From contig NC_008340.1 of assembly GCF_000014785.1 (NCBI RefSeq), positions 2,640,001-2,672,000 on the forward strand: a stretch of 32,000 nt of DNA, read 5' to 3'. Shown in pieces: positions 24,503 to 32,000 of the stretch; within the stretch, counting starts at the first letter, position 1, and the number at the start of each line of letters is the position of its first letter. Made by a program: the position numbers and the translations under genes. This DNA comes from Alkalilimnicola ehrlichii MLHE-1 (GTDB lineage Bacteria; Pseudomonadota; Gammaproteobacteria; Nitrococcales; Halorhodospiraceae). The notes under the pieces were generated by a model. It did not search any database, had not been told where the DNA came from, and saw nothing but the letters and a program-made list of their open reading frames with translations.

Positions 24503-25447
24503 ATGAGAATGGGGTCGCGAGTTCGATACCGCGCAGTCTCCCGTTTGCGGGGGCTGGTATGCCTGGGGTTTGCGCTGCTGTTGCTGGGGGCCTGGGCCCC
24601 GGCCGCCCACACGTCCGGGGGGATCGAACGCGAGCCGCTCCAGCTCGCCTCGGTGCACGCGGCGGCGGTCTATCTGGACACCGGGGAGCGGCTGGTCGGC
24701 AAGCGCGCGGACATGCCGGCCCCCATCGCGTCGCTGACCAAGCTGATGACGGCCCTGGTGGTGGTCGAGTCCGGGGCGCCGTTGGATGAGTGGCTCACCA
24801 TCGTCCCCCGCCAGCACGCCGTGACCAAGAACGCCTACTCCCGCATGCGGGTCGACTCCCGGCTGCCGCGCGGCGAACTGGTGCGCCTGGCGCTGATGTC
24901 CTCGGAGAACCTGGCCACCTACGTGCTGGCGCACCATCACCCCGGCGGCCGCGCGGCGTTCATCGCCGCGATGAACGCCAAGGCCAAAGAACTGGGGATG
25001 ACCCAGACGCGGTTTGTCGACAGCAGCGGCCTGTCGGTTGAGAACGTCGCCAGCGCGAACGACCTGCTCAAGCTGCTCGCCGCCGCCAACGAGCACGAGG
25101 TGATCCGCGACTACTCCACCACCCGCTACCACACTGCGCACTTCCGCGGCCCGCGCTACACCAAGGGGTACGCCAACACCAATCCGCTGGTCGCCCACAG
25201 CCGGTGGCAGGTGGGGTTGAGCAAGACCGGCTACCTGGTGGAGGCCGGGCGCTGCCTGGCGATGGTGGCGGAGATGGAGGGCCGGCCGGTGGCGCTGGTC
25301 TTCCTGAACTCCCACGGCACCCGCAGCCCGCTGGGCGATGCCGGCCGCTTCCGCCGCTGGCTGGCCGACGGCGTCGGCGGCACCGTGGCCGCATCCGCCC
25401 GCGAATACGAACAGCAGGTGGGCGCGCGGCTTGAATCCGACGGCTGA
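24503..25447 (+). CDS. pbpG: D-alanyl-D-alanine endopeptidase, PBP7/PbpG type (peptidase S11)
   Basis: SxxK (ASLTKLMTALVVVE), SxN (LMSSEN) and KTG (SKTGYLVEAG) motifs. The overall pattern is strongly reminiscent of E. coli PbpG. A signal peptide follows ATG 24503 (MRMGSRVRYRAVSRLRGLVCLGFALLLLGAWA). Confidence 0.88.
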   Translation: MRMGSRVRYRAVSRLRGLVCLGFALLLLGAWAPAAHTSGGIEREPLQLASVHAAAVYLDTGERLVGKRADMPAPIASLTKLMTALVVVESGAPLDEWLTIVPRQHAVTKNAYSRMRVDSRLPRGELVRLALMSSENLATYVLAHHHPGGRAAFIAAMNAKAKELGMTQTRFVDSSGLSVENVASANDLLKLLAAANEHEVIRDYSTTRYHTAHFRGPRYTKGYANTNPLVAHSRWQVGLSKTGYLVEAGRCLAMVAEMEGRPVALVFLNSHGTRSPLGDAGRFRRWLADGVGGTVAASAREYEQQVGARLESDG

Positions 25448-25483
25448 TGGGGCGGCGCAGTGCCGTTCCAGGCACCCGGCCTT

Positions 25484-26752
25484 TCAACGGTGCTGCATGC
25501 TGGTCCCGGTGCTGCGCTGGCGCGCCGGCCCCTCCCCCACTGGCGACAGCCAGTAATCCCGCCGCAGCCGCTGCAGGGCGCGGTCGGCCAGTGACGCGCG
25601 GCGCTCCGGCCGGCTGAGCAGGGCCCGGGTGGCGGAGGCGAAGGCCGCCACGCCATCCACCACGGCCATCTCCCCGGCCCTGAAATCCAGCCCTTCCACC
25701 CCCGGGGTGGTGGTCACCACCGCCCGCCGCCGGGCCACTGCCTCCAGGATTTTGATGCGTGTGCCGCCGCCGGCGCGGACGGGGCAGACCACCAGATCCG
25801 CCTGGCGGTAGTGCGGCCCCAGATCAGGCGCATAGCCGTGGCAGACAACGCCGCAGTGGCCGGCCAGCTCGTCGCGCAGCCAGGGCGGCAGGCCGGGGCC
25901 GACAATGTGGAATTGCAGCGGCCGGCGCAGGGCCTCGCGCGCCCGGGGCAGCACGTGGCGGGCAAACCAGAGCACGGCGTCCTGATTGGGCAGGTAGCCC
26001 ATGCTGCCCACGAACAGCACCCGGTAGCCCTCCCGCCGGCGGTCCACCGCCTCTGGCGTCAGGGCCGGGGCAATGGCGCCGCAATAGCGGTTGGGCACCA
26101 CCTCGGGCCGCACACCGGGATAGGCCTCGGCCAGGGCCGTCTGGTCGGCGGCCGAGCAGACGAACACCCGGTCCGCGCGGGGCAGTTCGCGCCGCTCCCA
26201 GCGTTCGGCGACACGCTGTTGCGCGCGGTGGTCGCGGGCGGCCAGGTGCCAGCCGTTCTCCCGGGCCAGGGCGGCGATACGCCCCAGGGTGCGCGACTCC
26301 CAGTCGTCCAGGTCCAGCCACAGCGGCGGCGGCCGGTGGCGGGGCAGCAGGGGTTGCACCAGCGGCAGGCTGTAGAGCCGGAACACGCAGACGGCGTCCG
26401 CCCGCGCCAGGGCACGGCGCAGCGCCGCGGGCCGGCTCATGGCGGCCAGGCGCGGGACCAGCGGCCGGCCCGGCCAGAGCCGGGCGCGCAGGGCCACCGG
26501 CAGGCGTCCGTACAGGCGCAGCGCCAGTGCGCCGGGGCGGCGGGCGGGCTGCAGCAGCAGACACTCGGCCACCCGCGCCTGAACCGCCGGCGGCACCGGG
26601 CCCCGGTGGTCGGCCACCACCAGGGTGATCCGGTAGCGCGCCGCATAATGGAGCAGAAACTGCCAGGCCCGCATCTGCCGCCCGCCGCCGGTGGGCGCCG
26701 GCATGACCGGGGTGACGTAGACCAGCACAGGACGGATCGGCTCAATGGACAT
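25484..26752 (-). CDS. Group-1 (GT4) glycosyltransferase, ~422 aa
   Basis: MSIEPIRPVLVYVTPVMPAPTGGGRQMRAW... and the C-terminal VVCPVRAGGGTRIKILEAVARRRAVVTTTPGVEGL. ATG 26752 overlaps the upstream gene's end by 11 nt. The track's longer N-terminus is an out-of-gene extension. Confidence 0.8.
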   Translation of the reverse strand: MSIEPIRPVLVYVTPVMPAPTGGGRQMRAWQFLLHYAARYRITLVVADHRGPVPPAVQARVAECLLLQPARRPGALALRLYGRLPVALRARLWPGRPLVPRLAAMSRPAALRRALARADAVCVFRLYSLPLVQPLLPRHRPPPLWLDLDDWESRTLGRIAALARENGWHLAARDHRAQQRVAERWERRELPRADRVFVCSAADQTALAEAYPGVRPEVVPNRYCGAIAPALTPEAVDRRREGYRVLFVGSMGYLPNQDAVLWFARHVLPRAREALRRPLQFHIVGPGLPPWLRDELAGHCGVVCHGYAPDLGPHYRQADLVVCPVRAGGGTRIKILEAVARRRAVVTTTPGVEGLDFRAGEMAVVDGVAAFASATRALLSRPERRASLADRALQRLRRDYWLSPVGEGPARQRSTGTSMQHR

Positions 26753-27875
26753 GTCGCGCCAATGCCTCCAGCAGCCGGTGCGTAACTGTGCGCCGGTTGT
26801 AGTGGTGGGCGATGTGCTCGGCCAGCGCCGGGTTGGGCTCGGGACGCACCCGGCGCAGGGCGTCCACGGCCTGGTCCATGTCCGCCTCGGCCCAGCACTG
26901 GTGGGGCTGGAAGGGGATGCCGGGCACCGGGTAGGCGACCGGGACACGGCGGTAATCCAGCAGGGTGGCGTGCCCGGCGGGCAGGTAGTCGCAATGGCCG
27001 CCGAAGCCGGTGATGACGATCTGGTTGCCGGCGCGGGCGGCGTCGAAGGCGCCGAGGCCCCAGCCCTCGCCGTGGGTCAGCGACAAGAAGCAGTGGCCCT
27101 GCCGGTGCAGGGCGTGCACCTGCGGCCCGCTCAGGGGCCGGTCGATGAGTTGCACCCGGGGCGCGTTGCGATGCCGGCGCCGCAGTCGGCGCACCCGCCG
27201 GGAGACCCGGGGCGGAAAGCGCCAGTGGAGGCCCTTGCGGGTGCGGTCGTGGCGGTCGGTCTTGACCACCAGCAGGGTGTCGTCGTGGCGGGTGAAGGCG
27301 CGCAGGTAGGCCTCTATGGTCTCGGGCATGGCCTTGCGCCAGTCCCAGGTGTTGATGGTGTAGAAGACAGTGGTCTCCGGGCCGGCCGCCAGGGGCAGGG
27401 CCTCGCCCCGGGCGTCGATGGGCTCGGAGATGTGCGGGACCACGGCGATGGGGGCGGTGACGCCGTCGCGGCGCATGACCCGGCGGTTCCACTCGCAAGG
27501 CACCAGCACCAGGTCGAAGGCGTTGAGCACCCCGGGCCAGTGCACGGGCAGGCGGTCGGCCTCCCAGGTGGTGTAGGCCACCCGGAAGCGGCCGCGCTCG
27601 CGCGCCAGCCATTCGGGGAAGTAGTCGGGCACGGTGTGGACGATGACCACGTCGTGGTCGACGGCACGCAGACAGTGCGGGTCCAGCGCCGGATCCAGGG
27701 CGCTGGGGGCGGCCTCGACGCCGTACCATAGCCCGGAGGTCCCGCTGCGGCCGGGGGCCAGGGGCGTCCAGTTGAGCGGCACGCCGGCCTCGATCAGGCC
27801 GCGCATGGTGCGCGCGGCGGCGACGGCGTAACCGCTGTGGTCGTTGTAGGCGATGTATTTGATACTCCGCACCAA
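26742..27875 (-). CDS. Group-1-like (GT-B) glycosyltransferase, 377 aa
   Basis: MVRSIKYIAYNDHSGYAVAAARTMRGLIEAG... and C-terminal LSLTHGEGWGLGAFDAARAGNQIVITGFGGHCDYL. Confidence 0.75.
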   Translation of the reverse strand: MVRSIKYIAYNDHSGYAVAAARTMRGLIEAGVPLNWTPLAPGRSGTSGLWYGVEAAPSALDPALDPHCLRAVDHDVVIVHTVPDYFPEWLARERGRFRVAYTTWEADRLPVHWPGVLNAFDLVLVPCEWNRRVMRRDGVTAPIAVVPHISEPIDARGEALPLAAGPETTVFYTINTWDWRKAMPETIEAYLRAFTRHDDTLLVVKTDRHDRTRKGLHWRFPPRVSRRVRRLRRRHRNAPRVQLIDRPLSGPQVHALHRQGHCFLSLTHGEGWGLGAFDAARAGNQIVITGFGGHCDYLPAGHATLLDYRRVPVAYPVPGIPFQPHQCWAEADMDQAVDALRRVRPEPNPALAEHIAHHYNRRTVTHRLLEALARHVH

Positions 27876-27881
27876 CCCGCC

Positions 27882-28835
27882 CTACTCCTCCTGCGTCCGC
27901 TCATAGTGCCGGGGCCGCCCGCCGAGTACGGCGCTGACGATGCCCAGTTGGATGGCCCCACAATATATCAGGTCGATCCACACATGGCGGCGCCGGCCGC
28001 GCAGGCGCGCGCCGAGCAGGGCCAACGCCCTGAGGCCCTCGCGGGCCAGGTAGGCCGGCACGAAGCGGATGGCCGCCGGCAGCGGGCGGTCGATGAGGTG
28101 GACGCGGGTGACGGAGTTGCCCAGGCAGTAGCCCCGGCGCCACACCCAACGCCGGCTCAGGCGGGCGGCGGGCACCGTCTCGGTCACCGCCCCTGAGTTG
28201 GTCCAGTGGATGCGGGCACCCTGGCGGGCGAGCTGGCGGAAGAACAGGGTGTCCTCGCCGCCGCTGAGGGCAAGCCGCGGGTCGAAGCGCAGCCCGGAGC
28301 GGCGCAGCACCCCGGCACGGATCAGCGTGTTGCCGGTGGCGGCCCGGTGCAGGCGCTGGCCCTCCGCGTGGCGCTCGCCCTGAAACACCCGCGCCTCCCG
28401 TACCCAGCCGGGCGCCGAGTCGGGCAGCGCCCGGTGCACCGGGGCGGCGATGACATCCGCCCGGTGGCGGCGCCGGGCCGCCAGCAGGTCGCGCAGCCAG
28501 TCGGGGGGCGCGATCTCGTCGTCGTCGAGAAAGGCCAGGTAGTCGCACCCCGGCAGGGCCGCCTCCAGCGCCCGGTTGCGGGCATGGCTGATGCCCCGCT
28601 CCGGTGCCACCACGTGGTGCAACGGCCAGGGGTAGCCATCGCGCAGCGCATCACACACCGCCCCCGCCGGGCCCGCGGCGTCGTTGTCGACCACCCACAC
28701 CGCCACCCTGACCCCCTCCTCCCCGACCCGCTGCCCGGCCACACTCTGCAACGCCCGCCGCAACCCCTCCGGGCGGCGGTAGGTGGGGATGCAGACGTGG
28801 ATGCGGGTCGGCGCGTGGCCGGCAGGTCGTTTCAT
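27882..28835 (-). CDS. Family-2 glycosyltransferase (GT-A), 317 aa
   Basis: IHVCIPTYRRPEGLRRALQSVAGQ, VVDNDAAG, and the DxD region YLAFLDDDEIAPPDWL. Confidence 0.85.
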   Translation of the reverse strand: MKRPAGHAPTRIHVCIPTYRRPEGLRRALQSVAGQRVGEEGVRVAVWVVDNDAAGPAGAVCDALRDGYPWPLHHVVAPERGISHARNRALEAALPGCDYLAFLDDDEIAPPDWLRDLLAARRRHRADVIAAPVHRALPDSAPGWVREARVFQGERHAEGQRLHRAATGNTLIRAGVLRRSGLRFDPRLALSGGEDTLFFRQLARQGARIHWTNSGAVTETVPAARLSRRWVWRRGYCLGNSVTRVHLIDRPLPAAIRFVPAYLAREGLRALALLGARLRGRRRHVWIDLIYCGAIQLGIVSAVLGGRPRHYERTQEE

Positions 28836-29590
28836 ACCAGCCGGCGGTAAAGCGCCCCGGTAAGGTGGCAGCCGATGTACCAGGCGCTAGCCAGGGGGCC
28901 CGCTTGCTCCTGGTGGCGGTGAATGGCCCAGTTGGCCGCCAGGCGCCCGGGGAGGTTGCGGGACAGTGAGCCGGGGCGCACCCGGTAGAGGGCGGTGACC
29001 TCTCCGGCGGACTCGGCATGGCCGCCGTTGCGCAGCAGCGACAGCCAGAGGGCGTAGTCCTGGGAGCGGCGGAAGCCGTTCATGCGGATGGTGCCGGCCC
29101 GTTCCCGGTCGATGGCCACGGTGAGGCAGGCGATCCAGCAGCCACGGCGCAGCCGCTCGTAGTCCAGTCGCTCCGGCACCCGCACCACGCGGTTGGTGCG
29201 CTCACCGGCGGCATTGATCTTCTCGAAGGGCGAGTAGACCAGCACCGCGTCGCTGTGGCGCAGTTGGTCGGCCTGCAGCGCGAGCTTGTGAGGCAGCCAG
29301 CGGTCATCGGCGTCGAGGAAGGCGACGTAGCGCCCGCGCATCACCTTGAAGGCCTCGTTGCGCGCCGCCCCCGCACCGCCGTTCTCACGCCGGCGCACCA
29401 CCCGCACCCGGCTGTCCACCCGCGCCCGCGCCAGGGCCCGCTGAAGGCCCTGGTCGGTGGAGCCGTCGTCGACGATGATCTGCTCCCAGTCCTCCAGGGT
29501 CTGCGCGGCCACGGAGTCCATGCACTCGTCGATGTAGGCGCCGGAGTTGTAGAGGGGCGTGATGACGGAGAACAGTGGCTTCGCGGGCAT
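28832..29590 (-). CDS. Family-2 glycosyltransferase (GT-A), 252 aa
   Basis: FSVITPLYNSGAYIDECMDSVAAQTLEDWEQIIVDDGSTD and YVAFLDADDRWLPHKL. It has a 4-nt overlap (ATGA) with the downstream gene. Confidence 0.88.
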   Translation of the reverse strand: MPAKPLFSVITPLYNSGAYIDECMDSVAAQTLEDWEQIIVDDGSTDQGLQRALARARVDSRVRVVRRRENGGAGAARNEAFKVMRGRYVAFLDADDRWLPHKLALQADQLRHSDAVLVYSPFEKINAAGERTNRVVRVPERLDYERLRRGCWIACLTVAIDRERAGTIRMNGFRRSQDYALWLSLLRNGGHAESAGEVTALYRVRPGSLSRNLPGRLAANWAIHRHQEQAGPLASAWYIGCHLTGALYRRLV

Positions 29591-29671
29591 ATTCCGTGGG
29601 CTTCCCTGTTTATACTAGAGCCTAGTGGTAATTCACCCGCAACGCGACCACCGAGGCCACCGACACCCGGC

Positions 29672-30565
29672 ATGCCCCCATCCAGCCCCCTTCCGGACTG
29701 TTCCGTGATCGTCCCCGTCTACCGCCAGTGGGACGCGGTGCGCCCGCTGCTGCGGGCCCTGGAGGCGCAATCGCTGGGGCTCGGGTGCTTTGAGGTGGTG
29801 CTGGTGGACAATGCCCCGGCCCCCTGCCCGCCCTACCCGCAGGCAGATCTGGACCTGCGGGTCATCCACTGCCCCCGGCCCGGCGCCTACGCGGCGCGCA
29901 ACGCCGGTCTGGCCGACGCCGCCGCGCCGGTGCTGGCCTTTACCGACGCCGATTGCCGGCCTGGGCCGGACTGGCTGGCCGAGGGCCTGCGGGTGCTGAA
30001 TGGGGGTGACCCCGGGCCCGACCTGGTGGCCGGCGCCATCGCCCTGCAGCCTGCCGACCCGGCCCGCCCCAATCTCTACGAGCAGTTCGACCTGCTGACC
30101 GGCATGCGCCAGGCCCGTTACGCCCGGCGCGGCTACGGCGCCACCGCCAACCTGCTGGTCCGGCGTGCGGTGTTCGAGGTCGTGGGCCCCTTCGATGCCG
30201 GTCGCTACTCGGGGGGCGACGCGGAGTTCTGCCGCCGGGCGGTGGCCGCCGGGCACGCCCTGCACTACGCTGCCGGGGCCGTGGTGGCGCACCCGGCCCG
30301 CGACAGTTGGCCTGCGCTGGCCGCCAAGGCCCGTCGGGTGAAGGGCGGCCAGATCGTCAACGGCCCCTACTGGCGGCGCGCCCTGTGGCTGCTGCGCACC
30401 CTGGCGCCGCCCGTCGACCACTGCGCCCGCCTGCTGCGCCATCCGCGTCCACCGGCCGCCCCGGCCCGCCGACTGCGGCTCTGCGGCCTGCGCCTGGGCC
30501 TGTGGGGGGTGGAACTGGCCGAGGTGATCCGCCTGAGCACCGGCGGCCGCCCCCGGCGCGGCTGA
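29672..30565 (+). CDS. Family-2 glycosyltransferase (GT-A), ~297 aa
   Basis: From ATG 29672: MPPSSPLPDCSVIVPVYRQWDAVRPLLRALEAQSL...EVVLVDNAP...LAFTDADCRPGPDWL. The track's start at 29018 is an antisense extension across the divergent gene. Confidence 0.82.
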   Translation: MPPSSPLPDCSVIVPVYRQWDAVRPLLRALEAQSLGLGCFEVVLVDNAPAPCPPYPQADLDLRVIHCPRPGAYAARNAGLADAAAPVLAFTDADCRPGPDWLAEGLRVLNGGDPGPDLVAGAIALQPADPARPNLYEQFDLLTGMRQARYARRGYGATANLLVRRAVFEVVGPFDAGRYSGGDAEFCRRAVAAGHALHYAAGAVVAHPARDSWPALAAKARRVKGGQIVNGPYWRRALWLLRTLAPPVDHCARLLRHPRPPAAPARRLRLCGLRLGLWGVELAEVIRLSTGGRPRRG

Positions 30566-30638
30566 GGCAACGACGGCCCAGCGAGGCGATAATCATTCAT
30601 GGCCCCGCCCCACTCGCGGGCCGGCAGAAAAGGACAGC

Positions 30639-32000
30639 ATGCCCGAGATACTGCGCAAAACCCTGGACCTGCTCACCGCCCGCGAGAAGCGCCGTGGCGC
30701 GCTGGTGCTGGCGATGGTGGTGTGCATGGCGTTGCTGGAGACGGCGGGGGTGCTGTCGGTGGTGCCCTTTCTGGCGGTGCTGGGCAACCCGGAGGTGGTG
30801 CACAACCAGCCGTTGCTGGCGGCCGCCTTCCGCTGGTCCGGGCTGGAGCGGGTGCAGGCGTTTCTGATCCTGCTGGCGCTGCTGGTCTTCCTGCTGCAGG
30901 TGGTGGCGGCGGGTTTCCGTATGCTCACCCATTTCGTGCTCAACCGCTATATCGAGGGCCGCCGCCACAGCCTCAGCCAGCGGCTGCTGGAGACCTACCT
31001 GCGCCAGCCCTACACCTTCTTTCTCAACCGCAACAGCGCGGACATGACCAAGAGCATCCTCTCGGAGGTGGACATGTTCGTGCTGACGGTGATGCGCCCG
31101 CTGCTCTTCGCCACCGCCTACGCCATTGTCGCGCTGGCGATGATCGCCCTGCTGCTGTTCATCAACCCGTTGCTGGCCCTGGCGGTGGCGACCATCGTCG
31201 GCGGGCTGTACGCGCTGATGTTCCTGTCGGTGCGCGGCTGGCTGGGGCGGATCGGCCGCGAGCGCAGCCAGGCCAACCGCGAGCGCTTCGCCACCACCAG
31301 CGAGGTGCTGGGCGGGATCAAGGACATCAAGCTGCTGGGCCACGAGCAGGCCTATCTTTCGCGCTTCCGGCCGGCTTCGGCGCGCTTCACCCGCCACCTG
31401 GCCACCAGCGAGACGCTGGCCCAGATCCCGCGCTTCGCCATCGAGACGGTGGCGCTGGGCGGGGTGTTGATTCTCACCGTGGTGCTGATGGCCACCCACG
31501 GCGACGTGGGCGCCATGCTGCCCACCCTGGGGCTGTACGTATTCGCCGGTTACAAGCTGCTGCCGGCCATGCAGCATATCTATGCCGGGGTCAGTCGCAT
31601 GCGCTTTTCCGGTCAACTGGTGGCGGACATCCACGACGACCTGCGCGAGCGCCCGCGCCTGGCGCCCATCGACGGCGCACCGCCGGCACCGTTGCGGCCG
31701 CGGCGGGAGATCGCCCTGGAGGGCATCGATTTCACCTACCCCCAGGCCGATACCCCGGCCCTGCAGGGGATCGACCTGCACATCCCGGTGGGCCGGACGG
31801 TGGGGGTGGTGGGCAGCTCGGGCGCGGGCAAGACCACGCTGATCGATGTGCTGCTGGGGCTGCTGCTGCCCCAGGCGGGGCACATCCGGGTGGATGGCAC
31901 CGCCATCGATGACCGGCAGCGCCCGGCCTGGCGGCGGGCGTTGGGCTACGTGCCCCAGCATATCTTCCTGAGCGATGCCAGCGTGGCGGAGAACATCGCC
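30639..32000 (+). CDS. ABC exporter, fused permease + ATPase (MsbA/PglK-like half-transporter), partial (runs off window end)
   Basis: Absent from the ORF track because the frame never closes. My translation from ATG 30639 (aaggacagc upstream) is MPEILRKTLDLLTAREKRRGALVLAMVVCMALLETAGVLSVVPFLAVLGNP... It has a hydrophobic TMD, then REIALEGIDFTYP and Walker A GSSGAGKTT at 31812-31838. Confidence 0.85.
   Translation, partial: MPEILRKTLDLLTAREKRRGALVLAMVVCMALLETAGVLSVVPFLAVLGNPEVVHNQPLLAAAFRWSGLERVQAFLILLALLVFLLQVVAAGFRMLTHFVLNRYIEGRRHSLSQRLLETYLRQPYTFFLNRNSADMTKSILSEVDMFVLTVMRPLLFATAYAIVALAMIALLLFINPLLALAVATIVGGLYALMFLSVRGWLGRIGRERSQANRERFATTSEVLGGIKDIKLLGHEQAYLSRFRPASARFTRHLATSETLAQIPRFAIETVALGGVLILTVVLMATHGDVGAMLPTLGLYVFAGYKLLPAMQHIYAGVSRMRFSGQLVADIHDDLRERPRLAPIDGAPPAPLRPRREIALEGIDFTYPQADTPALQGIDLHIPVGRTVGVVGSSGAGKTTLIDVLLGLLLPQAGHIRVDGTAIDDRQRPAWRRALGYVPQHIFLSDASVAENIA

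Noticed and set aside
29719-29726. ops/JUMPStart-like octamer GGCGGTAG on the minus strand, ~130 nt upstream of the four-gene glycosyltransferase operon. Other hits are at 15153-15160 (minus), 25804-25811 (plus) and 28776-28783 (plus).
   Set aside because: I found four hits on both strands. My rough composition-based estimate is about 2-3 by chance in 64 kb of ~65% GC sequence. Two hits are inside coding regions on the wrong strand, one lies inside a repeat unit, and this one lies inside the divergent GT2 coding sequence. Only an RfaH dependence test could revive it.
25484-30565. Search for a sulfotransferase among the glycan-block proteins, to support the sulfated-glycan idea.
   Set aside because: All five proteins show GT-A (DxD) or GT-B (E-x7-E-like) signatures. 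I found no PKxGTT-like PAPS-binding loop, so none is called a sulfotransferase.

Overview
GC-rich bacterial chromosome segment; my 60-nt spot counts are above 60% G+C outside one island, which looks proteobacterial, but I cannot assign a taxon. It is a surface-polysaccharide region interrupted by mobile DNA and by a sulfate-activation block. From left to right: (1) An IS3-family element on the minus strand (1-1225, cut by the window edge). It is followed by a clearly AT-richer 2.75-kb insert (1226-3973) carrying two glycan-biosynthesis genes. Next is a second, inverted IS3 copy (3974-) broken after 393 nt by an IS21-family element (istA intact). That element's istB is itself cut after 42 codons by a third, complete IS3 copy (6141-~7813). 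(2) A plus-strand glycan operon at 7964-13213: GT-B glycosyltransferase, AsnB-type amidotransferase, EpsG/Wzy-type polymerase and a GT4 enzyme. It converges on a WecA/WbpL-type initiating phosphotransferase (13230-14645) that has an extra ~109-aa C-terminal domain. (3) A 726-bp intergenic region holding a perfect 24+24-nt AT-rich palindrome and copies of a ~77-bp hairpin repeat family. (4) cysQ, cysD and a cysN-cysC fusion, then a second perfect palindrome, an AAA_14/DUF4143-type ATPase with a PD-(D/E)xK-like tail, and an SLC13/TrkA-C permease. (5) A 630-bp intergenic region filled with the same repeat family plus a 3x29-bp tandem. (6) A Wzi-like outer-membrane protein, PBP7-type endopeptidase (pbpG), a four-gene glycosyltransferase operon on the minus strand, a divergent GT2 gene, and an ABC exporter running off the window end. 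Many long ORFs in the supplied track are antisense shadows typical of GC-rich DNA, and I reject them. All family calls come from motifs read by eye. No database search was possible.
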